Shown: positions 1-7,458 of the stretch, piece after piece
Numbering within the stretch: the first letter of the stretch is position 1
Layout of the letters: each line of letters opens with the position of its first letter
Notes under the pieces: generated by a model
Databases searched by the model: none
Told to the model about the DNA's origin: nothing
What the model saw: only the letters and a program-made list of their open reading frames with translations
Source: an uncultured archaeon
Lineage (GTDB): Archaea; Asgardarchaeota; Thorarchaeia; Thorarchaeales; Thorarchaeaceae
NCBI GenBank assembly: GCA_964590575.1
Contig: CAZPWM010000102.1
Location: 1-11,539, forward strand
Direction: 5' to 3'
Length of the DNA stretch: 11,539 nucleotides
Position numbers and translations under genes: made by a program

Positions 1-1
1 A

Positions 2-556
2 GCTTTTGCAGGTGGTTACCTATCATATCTGTTCGATGAGATTGCTTTGAAGGTAATCTTTGCTCTATTACTTGTCATTGCTGGATTAGTGATGCTTGCT
101 CCTTATTCTTACCAAGAGTCTGATATACTAGAGCATCGATTTGGTCAAGTCATTCTCACTACTGATGTGGGCGAGCTCGTCCTGAATCTTAAGATTGTAG
201 TGCCAGTCACATTGCTAACTGGTTTCTTCAGTGGTATGATTGGTGTTTCAGGAGGATCCTTCCTCGTCCCCATGCTCGTTCTTACCTGTGGTTTGCCTAT
301 GACGACTAGTGTGACCACTGCAACGCCGTTAGTTGCCACCTCGGCTCTAATGGGCTTCTCAGGTCATTTGTTTCAAGGTCACTTCAATCCATATCTGGCA
401 TTACCGCTTGCAGTCGTGACTGTAATTGGTGGCCTCATGGGTGGAAGGTTCGCTTTGAAATCGAAACCAAAACATCTCAAGCAGCTGTTTGCAGTTACAA
501 ATGTAATTGCCGCACTATTGATTGTACTCAACCTTCTCAGTGTCCTCGTGACTTAG
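2..556 (+). CDS. Sulfite exporter TauE/SafE family membrane protein (5' truncated by window edge)
   Basis: Frame is open from position 2 (AFAGGYLSYLFDEIALK...) into the 47..556 ORF. Contains the TauE-type repeat motif GFFSGMIGVSGGSFLVP and GGLMGGRFA...LKQLFA; several hydrophobic helices. Confidence 0.88.
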   Translation, partial: AFAGGYLSYLFDEIALKVIFALLLVIAGLVMLAPYSYQESDILEHRFGQVILTTDVGELVLNLKIVVPVTLLTGFFSGMIGVSGGSFLVPMLVLTCGLPMTTSVTTATPLVATSALMGFSGHLFQGHFNPYLALPLAVVTVIGGLMGGRFALKSKPKHLKQLFAVTNVIAALLIVLNLLSVLVT

Positions 557-593
557 ACAATCTGAGAAATCGAATCCAAAAGGATGTGAAAAT

Positions 594-1010
594 ATGGGAA
601 ACCAAATGAAAGATTTGACGGATTTATTGATAACCTGTGATTTGGAATATTTTGGCAAGTCCAAACACAAAGTGATGCCTCCAAACCTTGTAAAAATGGC
701 TGATGTGCTCCTATTGGATGTTCGTTCAAGAGAAGAGTTTGCATCACTATCAATACCCTTAGGACTCTACTCGAACATTCAATTCATGCATATTCCAATC
801 GATGAAATTCCTAACAGGGTTGATGAGATACCTTCAGAAAAGAACATAGTTGTGTTCTGTCCCTCGAATTTCAGATCAACACTAGTTTATGCCTACTTGA
901 AAATTATAGGATATGAAACAGTTCGAATTCTTGGTGGAGGTTACGGTGGACTAATTGATGCAGTCATGCCCGGGAAAGTCTACAACCATGTTGCTGGTCA
1001 TAACGTGTAA
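594..1010 (+). CDS. Rhodanese-like domain protein (sulfurtransferase)
   Basis: LLLDVRSREEF, HIPIDEI, IVVFCPSNFRS (active-site Cys loop), GYETVRILGGG are rhodanese-fold signatures; adjacent to TauE. Start could be 606. Confidence 0.88.
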   Translation: MGNQMKDLTDLLITCDLEYFGKSKHKVMPPNLVKMADVLLLDVRSREEFASLSIPLGLYSNIQFMHIPIDEIPNRVDEIPSEKNIVVFCPSNFRSTLVYAYLKIIGYETVRILGGGYGGLIDAVMPGKVYNHVAGHNV

Positions 1011-1048
1011 CATCTCGTTTAGGACTGTTTGATTATTGTGTGAAGAAT

Positions 1049-1120
1049 AGGCTAAGGGCGGGGTTGGCTAACGGGACCTTTCCCGAACCGTGCATTGTTG
1101 AGCACCCTTTTCATTTTTCA
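1049..1120 (+). repeat. Cassette-boundary repeat copy R1 (type A)
   Basis: AGGCTAAGGGCGGGGTTGGCTAACGGGACCTTTCCCGAACCGTGCATTGTTGAGCACCCTTTTCATTTTTCA; 29-bp core 1056-1084 is identical to R2 and R4. Confidence 0.95.
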
Positions 1121-1147
1121 ACCACTCACCAGTATTCCATACAGGAG

Positions 1148-1176
1148 TTTATATATCTACATCTACATATGTAGAT
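1148..1176 (+). promoter_or_regulatory. TATA box plus palindromic operator candidate for the vapBC operon
   Basis: TTTATATA at 1148-1155, followed by the perfect 16-bp palindrome ATCTACATATGTAGAT at 1161-1176, just upstream of ATG 1188. Confidence 0.65.
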
Positions 1177-1187
1177 TGTGAACCACT

Positions 1188-1436
1188 ATGACATCAAAGA
1201 CGATCTCTGTTACAGAAGACGTTTACAACCTCCTCCGAAAGATGAGATTGCCTGGAGAGAGCTTTGGCGAAACCATCACTCGACTCTGTAGACTCAAAAC
1301 ATCTCTTTCTTTGCGTCTGTGGGCAGAATCATCTGATGGCTGGAGTGATTTGACACCTGATGAAGAAGCTAGGCTCGAAGGCACACTTGAAACGATACGC
1401 ACCACTCTGCGTCCTGAAGAGGTAGATCTCGATTGA
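1188..1436 (+). CDS. vapB: Archaeal VapB-family antitoxin
   Basis: N-terminus KTISVTEDVYNLL...GESFGETITRL is typical of archaeal VapB (DUF217-like) antitoxins; acidic C-terminus; stop overlaps the TTG start of the PIN gene. Confidence 0.85.
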   Translation: MTSKTISVTEDVYNLLRKMRLPGESFGETITRLCRLKTSLSLRLWAESSDGWSDLTPDEEARLEGTLETIRTTLRPEEVDLD

Positions 1437-1840
1437 CATTCCTTGACACCACATTCCTTGTGGATATTCTAAGAAAGGACAATGCGGCAATCTCATGGCT
1501 GAATGATATGGAAGAACAAGCGCTGTACACCTCCGAGATTAATGTTTTCGAACTCTACACAGGTCTCTTTAGAATCTCAGAGAGTTCTAAGACGAAGCTG
1601 AAGAAGAGGACCTTTGAGCTCGAACAGCTTCTCTCTCGGATGGAGGTTGTTTCCTTTGACCGGAACTCAGCCATTGAGTCCGCAAAAGTTCTCTCTCTTC
1701 TGATGAGCAGAGGTGAACCTATTGGTGCTCGTGACATCATGATTGCTGGCACAGCACTCTCTAGGGGAATAAAACGACTGGTGACTCGTAACATCCGAGA
1801 GTTTCAGAGGGTTCCAAGTTTGAACACTGAGTCCTACTAG
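1433..1840 (+). CDS. vapC: VapC-family PIN-domain ribonuclease toxin
   Basis: FLDTTFLVD, SEINVFEL, DIMIAGTA, LVTRNIREF PIN motifs; 135 aa; coupled to the antitoxin via a TTGA overlap. Confidence 0.93.
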   Translation: MTFLDTTFLVDILRKDNAAISWLNDMEEQALYTSEINVFELYTGLFRISESSKTKLKKRTFELEQLLSRMEVVSFDRNSAIESAKVLSLLMSRGEPIGARDIMIAGTALSRGIKRLVTRNIREFQRVPSLNTESY

Positions 1841-1916
1841 ATTTATGCGGTCCAAGAACCATCACTTTGGAGTCAAATGACATTTCAATTGTTCATCATC
1901 TGAGAAACCTAGGTGC

Positions 1917-1990
1917 AGGCTAAAGGGCGGGGTTGGCTAACGGGACCTTTCCCTAGCCGCTCACTGTTGGGCACCCTTTCTCTTTTGCAA
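1917..1990 (+). repeat. Cassette-boundary repeat copy R2 (type A)
   Basis: AGGCTAAAGGGCGGGGTTGGCTAACGGGACCTTTCCCTAGCCGCTCACTGTTGGGCACCCTTTCTCTTTTGCAA. Confidence 0.95.
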
Positions 1991-2038
1991 TTGATAATAC
2001 TGAGCAGAGTATACTCTATCTTTGAAGACATTTTGGTT

Positions 2039-2578
2039 TTACTTTGACCTTCGTCGATATCTAACTAGACCGAGCAAGAAGTTCAGCATTGGTACTCTCT
2101 TTCTGTACTCTAGGTACGATTGTCCAAATTTCTCTACATTCGACTTGTCCTCAGAGTATGAATAATACACCACAATGAAAAACGGTACAATGCCCAGAAG
2201 AATTGTAATCCAGTATTGGGAGATAAACATCATTGCGATGATGGCAATCAACCAGCCTAGATAGAGCGGGTGTCTTACAATGCCATAGATGCCAGTATCA
2301 ATTACTACTGTTGTGTTGACCCAGCTCTTTCCTTCAGGTATATTCCCTTTCTTTGAGAGATCAAATCGAGGAACGCTCATCATTATGAGTCCAAGTATTA
2401 ACAACAACCATCCTGTATAGAGAAAGATATCGATGGAATAGATATTGTAGTAAAGAAAGAAACATAAAATGATTTCTAAAACAAATAGAATTCCACTGAT
2501 GGTCGAGATGACAAGTTCAGCTTTTGTAGGTTCCCAGGCTCTCGTATTCTCTGGTACTCCAGACTCCGATTCAACCAC
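2039..2578 (-). CDS. Isoprenylcysteine carboxyl methyltransferase (ICMT/PEMT) family membrane protein
   Basis: TGIYGIVRHPLYLG and SED...KFGQSYLEYRKRVP motifs; TM helices; TGGTGA SD upstream of the GTG start. Confidence 0.88.
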   Translation of the reverse strand: MVESESGVPENTRAWEPTKAELVISTISGILFVLEIILCFFLYYNIYSIDIFLYTGWLLLILGLIMMSVPRFDLSKKGNIPEGKSWVNTTVVIDTGIYGIVRHPLYLGWLIAIIAMMFISQYWITILLGIVPFFIVVYYSYSEDKSNVEKFGQSYLEYRKRVPMLNFLLGLVRYRRRSK

Positions 2579-2762
2579 GATTCGTCACCAGCTACTCAAA
2601 GAGTCTACACGAAGGATGATATAAATTTCGCAACATCGTGGTAACACAGGATCCTATTCCTACTGGTACAGGCGAAGAGAATATAGAGCAAATCAGTAAC
2701 TGGACGAGGTTATAAGGGTGGCTAAAAGTTACTTACAACCCGGTAGCTTCAGGACTGTAACT

Positions 2763-3395
2763 ATGATAGACCTTGATGTTGTGACTATGTTGACAGAAAT
2801 TGAATTATTCCCCGCACTTGAAATTGGATGGTTCAATGGATGGACCCTCTTGCTAGTATTGTACTTGGCATATGGTGTCTTGCTCCTCGTTTTCCCCAAG
2901 CATGTGGTGAAAAGACTCTACGAGTATAACAGGTCTAGTTGGAGTAGAAGACATCGAGTTTTTTATGTGACCGAGAAACTGCTGCTCGTAGTCTATATGA
3001 TTCTAGTAGTACTTTCTCCACTCAAGACTGATTCCTTTATTTTCATTCCCGGGATTATTTTCTTCTCTTTTGGTCTGACTGGTTTTATCATCGCGCTATT
3101 CAACTTCAAAAACACTCCACTCAATCAGCCAGTTTCCAGAGGGCTCTATAGAATATCACGCCATCCTCAGATACTCATGTTGTTCATTGCAGGTAGTGGG
3201 ATTGGTATTTCTATAGGCTCATTGCTCGTACTATTCATCCAAATATTTACCGCATTCCTCGGTCGGTCCAGAGTTCTAGCAGAGGAACAATCTTGCTTGG
3301 AACAGTATGGTGACCTGTACCGCGATTACATGAAAAGTGTTCCACGGTATCTTTTCATCAAAACGCGTGTCGAGGGTGCCAACTCTCTTTACTGA
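2763..3395 (+). CDS. ICMT/PEMT family membrane methyltransferase
   Basis: GLYRISRHPQ and AEEQSCLEQYGDLYRDYMKSVPRY motifs; TM helices. Start uncertain (GTG 2718, ATG 2763 or ATG 2787). Confidence 0.85.
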   Translation: MIDLDVVTMLTEIELFPALEIGWFNGWTLLLVLYLAYGVLLLVFPKHVVKRLYEYNRSSWSRRHRVFYVTEKLLLVVYMILVVLSPLKTDSFIFIPGIIFFSFGLTGFIIALFNFKNTPLNQPVSRGLYRISRHPQILMLFIAGSGIGISIGSLLVLFIQIFTAFLGRSRVLAEEQSCLEQYGDLYRDYMKSVPRYLFIKTRVEGANSLY

Positions 3396-3463
3396 CTGTG
3401 CTGATGACACGTTTGAGTTCTTAGATTATAACCTCGAATATCACTAGATGGACAAGAAGTACG

Positions 3464-3534
3464 AGGCTGACGGGGTCGGGTGAACAGGGAACTTTCACAT
3501 TCCGCACATTGTTAAGCACCCTTTCTATTTTACA
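3464..3534 (+). repeat. Cassette-boundary repeat copy R3 (type B)
   Basis: AGGCTGACGGGGTCGGGTGAACAGGGAACTTTCACATTCCGCACATTGTTAAGCACCCTTTCTATTTTACA. Confidence 0.92.
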
Positions 3535-3603
3535 TCTGTCAATCATGAATGAGTAGACTCTCCGATTCCCCATAGCTGAGTCAATCAACTCAATTCCAAC
3601 GAG

Positions 3604-3630
3604 ATTATAAGTAATTATCAACATTATAAG
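3604..3630 (+). promoter_or_regulatory. TATA-like direct repeat upstream of the RelE-type TA operon
   Basis: ATTATAAG occurs twice (3604-3611, 3623-3630), immediately upstream of the antitoxin start. Confidence 0.4.
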
Positions 3631-3641
3631 CCATGATAGAC

Positions 3642-3830
3642 ATGGGCGAAACAACCACTATTCCATTAACAAAAGAAACTCGCGATCTCTTGAAGAGATA
3701 TGGTCAGAAGGGAGAGACCTATGACGAGTTGATACGCCGCCTTCTTCAGGTTTCGGAACAGGTGGAATTTGCCAGAAGGCAGAAACGAATACTCGAGGAA
3801 GAGGAGTTCGTTCCACTTGACCAAGTATAG
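3642..3830 (+). CDS. Small antitoxin (RHH-like) of a RelE-type TA pair
   Basis: MGETTTIPLTKETRDLLKRYGQKGETYDELIRRLL beta-strand/helix/helix pattern, acidic tail EEEEFVPLDQV, overlaps the toxin start. Alternative start 3633. Confidence 0.82.
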   Translation: MGETTTIPLTKETRDLLKRYGQKGETYDELIRRLLQVSEQVEFARRQKRILEEEEFVPLDQV

Positions 3831-4098
3831 AGTTCTGCTCTCCCAGACCGCAATTTCACAACTGAGTCTACTAAATGCAAAACAGAAAAAGAGAGTTAAA
3901 GAAGCATTAGGAAACCTTGAGGATGATCCCTTCAGAAGAAGATCTGGTTCAGACATCAAGAAACTTGTGACTCCGGATGAGCCGCCTTTATACAGACTTC
4001 GGATTGGGGATTATCGAGCTATTTACTTTGTCGTCAATTATGAGGTTAAAGTCACTGAAATAATTCATCGAAGTAAAGGATACAGATGGCTGGAGTAA
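3817..4098 (+). CDS. relE: RelE/ParE-family toxin
   Basis: TTG start at 3817 after GAGGAG gives MTKYRVLLSQTA...DIKKL...LYRLRIGDYRAIY...IIHRSKGY, which are classical RelE motifs. The ORF-track start at 3769 is probably too long. Confidence 0.9.
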   Translation: MTKYRVLLSQTAISQLSLLNAKQKKRVKEALGNLEDDPFRRRSGSDIKKLVTPDEPPLYRLRIGDYRAIYFVVNYEVKVTEIIHRSKGYRWLE

Positions 4099-4124
4099 AT
4101 CCATCTCAGATAGATACGAAGTAA

Positions 4125-4197
4125 AGACTACCGGGCGGGGTTGGCTAACGGGACCTTTCCCTAACCGTACATTGTTGAGCCCCCTTTCTCTTTTGCA
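4125..4197 (+). repeat. Cassette-boundary repeat copy R4 (type A)
   Basis: AGACTACCGGGCGGGGTTGGCTAACGGGACCTTTCCCTAACCGTACATTGTTGAGCCCCCTTTCTCTTTTGCA. Confidence 0.95.
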
Positions 4198-4272
4198 TAG
4201 TCTGTCAGATGGATCTATACTATCTTTGACTACTCCCAATATTACTAACAACCAAGAAATTGGGAAGATAGT

Positions 4273-4914
4273 TCAAGATTCTTTACAAACGCGTTTTGGA
4301 AAGAGCATGCCCACTTCTTTTTGATATTCTACATAATCTCTCCCAAATTGGTCGATCAATACATCTTCCTCAGCCTTGGCTGTTGGATAGATTCCGATTA
4401 TTACAAATAACAATGGAATCAAGAGCCAATATGTTGACAGAACAAGTGCTAACCCAAAAATTATGCAAACATACGAGAAATAGAGCGGGTGACGAACTAT
4501 TCTAAAAGGTCCCGTAGTGATCAAAAGGTGATTCTCTAATGCTCCTGACGGGGCTGGTCGCACATATTTTCCTGCAACAATAAGGACCCAGTTGTAAATA
4601 AATCCACCAATGTAGAAAAATGTGAGGCCAACTATTTGGATATAGATATCAAATTCAAATGTGAATGTCATGATACCAAAGACCGCATAGTACAAATTGA
4701 GAAATGAGAAGATGATACCGGATATCCAAAAGAACCACATAAACAAAATTCCACTTACAAAAATCAAGAATACTGGTTTGTTATATTTCGCCTTCCTAGA
4801 TTCTGTTTCTTCTTTCTTATCTCTATGAAATCCTCTCCAATAACGTATAGAAGGAATCGTCATTGTGACTAGGGGCAATGAAAGGAGTATTGCAGTCCAT
4901 AATTCAGGTAACAT
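4273..4914 (-). CDS. ICMT/PEMT family membrane methyltransferase
   Basis: LITTGPFRIVRHPLY and AEEDVLIDQFGRDYVEYQKEV motifs; AGGTGA SD upstream; start ATG 4914 or TTG 4917. Confidence 0.9.
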   Translation of the reverse strand: MLPELWTAILLSLPLVTMTIPSIRYWRGFHRDKKEETESRKAKYNKPVFLIFVSGILFMWFFWISGIIFSFLNLYYAVFGIMTFTFEFDIYIQIVGLTFFYIGGFIYNWVLIVAGKYVRPAPSGALENHLLITTGPFRIVRHPLYFSYVCIIFGLALVLSTYWLLIPLLFVIIGIYPTAKAEEDVLIDQFGRDYVEYQKEVGMLFPKRVCKES

Positions 4915-5034
4915 CAATAACTCACCTAGATTATATGCTCATACTATTTTCCCCGAGATTGCAATCCTGTCAACCCTGAAGATAAACTTGTGTATATTTC
5001 ATACCTTTCTCAGTGATTTTATACTGATACGTAA

Positions 5035-5104
5035 AGACTGACGGTGTCGGGTGAACATGGAACCACACCTCCCTCACCTGTTGAGCACCCTTTTCATTTT
5101 GCAA
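5035..5104 (+). repeat. Cassette-boundary repeat copy R5 (type B)
   Basis: AGACTGACGGTGTCGGGTGAACATGGAACCACACCTCCCTCACCTGTTGAGCACCCTTTTCATTTTGCAA. Confidence 0.92.
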
Positions 5105-5160
5105 TTACCTGAAATCGAAAGACCCATATTTAATTTCAATGAGCATTGAAACGTTGTGGT

Positions 5161-5694
5161 ATGATGTCTGTATCTGACACAATACGGTTCAAGATGATTT
5201 CTTTCATGCATGGGACCTTGTATCACTTTTTCGTTGACCCAGCGAAATTACTACACGATGCTGGACTCGAATTGGGTCAGACTGTTCTCGAAGTTGGCTT
5301 TGGTCCTGCTTTCTTTACCCTCCCTGCGGCAAGGATTGTGGGCAGCCACGGTCGCGTCTATGCGATTGATATCAACAGAATGGCTATCGAGAAGTTGAAA
5401 CAGAAGATTGAGGCTAGAAATATAGCAAATATAGAGGTTAAAATGGTTGACGCGAGTGATACCAAGCTTCCTCCTTCTTGTATTGATACCGCATTTCTTT
5501 TTGGTGTGATTCATGCATTTGACGATATAGATTCGGTAATGCAGGAGCTACATCGAGTCTTAAAGGATGGTGGTATTCTGTCTATTCAGAAAGGCCGATG
5601 GTCAAAGGAGAGAATTGTCGCAGCTACAACCAAAAACGGGCTGTTTAGTATCAGGAGCAGCAAAGGGAGAGTTCTCAGATTTCGAAAAACCTGA
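5161..5694 (+). CDS. Class I SAM-dependent methyltransferase (UbiE-like fold)
   Basis: Motif I VLEVGFGPAFF, VYAIDIN, VDAS, ELHRVLKDGGIL; ATG at 5161 preferred over TTG 5146. Confidence 0.88.
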   Translation: MMSVSDTIRFKMISFMHGTLYHFFVDPAKLLHDAGLELGQTVLEVGFGPAFFTLPAARIVGSHGRVYAIDINRMAIEKLKQKIEARNIANIEVKMVDASDTKLPPSCIDTAFLFGVIHAFDDIDSVMQELHRVLKDGGILSIQKGRWSKERIVAATTKNGLFSIRSSKGRVLRFRKT

Positions 5695-5837
5695 CATCGG
5701 TATCAACCTCTCATCCATTCATATCGCAAATCAACTCAAGTCCGGTCATATTAATTGCTTCTTCCTTGAGTGCTCTATTGAAGTAGAGAGAAGTAGAGAC
5801 AGCGGGAATCGTGGTGCAATCGATAGGTTGCCCCGAC

Positions 5838-5894
5838 GCCATGGCGGAAACTTGCCCTGGCAGTTCACTGTTGAGCACCCTTTCTCTTTTACAA
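5838..5894 (+). repeat. Cassette-boundary repeat copy R6 (divergent 5' half)
   Basis: GCCATGGCGGAAACTTGCCCTGGCAGTTCACTGTTGAGCACCCTTTCTCTTTTACAA; 3' half conserved, 5' half has a different sequence but is still self-complementary. Confidence 0.85.
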
Positions 5895-5974
5895 CAGCTT
5901 CTCAAAATAGTGCAATTACCTGAATTGAGATACAATTATTTTCATGAATGTCATTAAGACAATAGGTCAATGAT

Positions 5975-6556
5975 ATGGGTTCCACACTCTCACCTATCTT
6001 ATTCACAGATCGGCTTGTTATCCGTTCATATTGTCTAGGCGACGAGAACTGGTACTACAAAATGAGTCAGAGAAACCATGCACACTTAGAGAGATACGAA
6101 CTAGATAATCCAGCAATGGCAATCAAGACTGAAGAAGACGCTACGAAGATGATAGCTGATCTTGTAGACGAGTGGCAGAAGGGTACTCATCACTTCATGG
6201 GAGTATTCCTCAAAGAGTCTGAGCAGTTCGTTGCTCAGATTTACATTGGTCTTGTGAATCTAGATGTGCCTGAGTTTGGAATTGGTTATTTTTCAGACGT
6301 TGAACATGAGGGTAAAGGATACGTGACAGAGGCTGTAAGTACAGTAGTTAAGATGCTTTTTGAGAGCTTTCATGCTCATCGGATTCGTATTGAAACTGAT
6401 GATACTAATCTACGAAGCATACGCGTTGCAGAAAGATGCGGTTTTGTGAGGGAGGGTCACATTCGAGAGAACAAGAAAAACCCTGACGGAACCTATTCTG
6501 GTACTTTGTACTTTGGACTATTGAGAAGTGAGTTTCTACCAAATCGCTCTTGTTGA
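5975..6556 (+). CDS. GNAT N-acetyltransferase, RimJ/RimL family
   Basis: TDRLVIR, EFGIGY, EGKGYVTEAV, NLRSIRVAERCGFVREG, YFGLLRSEF motifs. Confidence 0.92.
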   Translation: MGSTLSPILFTDRLVIRSYCLGDENWYYKMSQRNHAHLERYELDNPAMAIKTEEDATKMIADLVDEWQKGTHHFMGVFLKESEQFVAQIYIGLVNLDVPEFGIGYFSDVEHEGKGYVTEAVSTVVKMLFESFHAHRIRIETDDTNLRSIRVAERCGFVREGHIRENKKNPDGTYSGTLYFGLLRSEFLPNRSC

Positions 6557-6575
6557 GCCACCCTTTCATTTTGCA
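6545..6575 (+). repeat. Cassette-boundary repeat copy R7 (3' half only)
   Basis: CGCTCTTGTTGAGCCACCCTTTCATTTTGCA; overlaps the stop codons of both flanking convergent genes. Confidence 0.8.
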
Positions 6576-7405
6576 GCTTCGACATTTTCCCTCTCAATCA
6601 ATTCACCTACAGTAGCCCAGAAATAGGATGGATTCTCTGTATGAAGTCCATGTCCTGCATTAGGTATAAAGAGAAGTGGGAGCCGTGCATTTCTCACAAG
6701 CTTCTCAGATGAGTAAATACCCCTATTCTTCTCTCCGAAGATGAAATAACAATCAAAATCACGATGCGCTAGCAGTCTTTTCAGCAAGTTTCCCTTTACG
6801 GAAATTGGTGCTAAGTCTTTGCTGGACGCCCATATTGTGAATGGCCCTGCTTTTCGAAATGAAGAAACAAATTCAATCATATGCTCCTCTTGAGAATCTC
6901 CTAGTATTTTACCACAAATCGATTCAAAATCTTGTTGGAATTCTGAGAAGGACATCTTAGCGAATATAGACGAAAAGAATGCATCACCTGCATCAAGATT
7001 TCCTTCTAGATACAACAGCAGCTTGATTTTGGAATGAGGTGCATCATGATGAGCTAATAGTTCAATCAGCGAAACTGCTATTGGCCCTCCCATAGAATGA
7101 GCCAGTACAGAGAGTTGCTTGACATGTTCTCTCTCAAGGATAGCAATCAGGTACTTAGCTTGTTGGTCCATGGTATATGCTTCTGATGCATTACTCTTGG
7201 ATGAGTCCCCGTGACCTAGAAGATCTGGAATAATCCATGAGAACCTATCCAATGAATAGGTAGTGAAGTGTTTGAGAAACCACTTGCGACTATCTCCTAG
7301 TCCATGGATATAGAGATTCATCATGGGTCGGAGTGAGTTCGTATGAGCGTAATATACTATGGTCCCGAAGTCAGTTTCAAGACTCTTTGTTACTAAGCTC
7401 GTCAT
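6566..7405 (-). CDS. Alpha/beta fold hydrolase
   Basis: YIHGLG oxyanion motif, PDLLGHGDS, nucleophile elbow AHSMGG, C-terminal IPNAGHGLH catalytic His. Confidence 0.92.
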   Translation of the reverse strand: MTSLVTKSLETDFGTIVYYAHTNSLRPMMNLYIHGLGDSRKWFLKHFTTYSLDRFSWIIPDLLGHGDSSKSNASEAYTMDQQAKYLIAILEREHVKQLSVLAHSMGGPIAVSLIELLAHHDAPHSKIKLLLYLEGNLDAGDAFFSSIFAKMSFSEFQQDFESICGKILGDSQEEHMIEFVSSFRKAGPFTIWASSKDLAPISVKGNLLKRLLAHRDFDCYFIFGEKNRGIYSSEKLVRNARLPLLFIPNAGHGLHTENPSYFWATVGELIERENVEAAK

Positions 7406-7458
7406 AGCGCGATAATAGTGGCTTACTACTCAATTGGCTTTTTCTCTCTGGGAACTAG

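Noticed and set aside
1067-1103. Canonical integron attC site
   Set aside because: The AAC-to-GTTRRRY core is only ~38 nt, no L boxes are evident, conservation extends outside the core, cargo is on both strands, and no intI is in the window. Kept only as attC-like.
1935-1963. Group II intron domain V (bulged hairpin on the minus strand preceded by AGC)
   Set aside because: The AGC has no pairing partner, the lower stem is too short, there is no GNRA tetraloop, and no RT ORF or other intron domains are present.
3421-3654. Short ORFs crossing repeats or antisense to real genes (3421-3654, 3988-4251, 5567-5923, 5711-5935, 8817-9137, 9373-9603, 9441-9644, 10278-10529, 10811-11011 and similar)
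   Set aside because: They overlap better-supported genes or repeats and have no recognisable motifs; treated as shadow ORFs.
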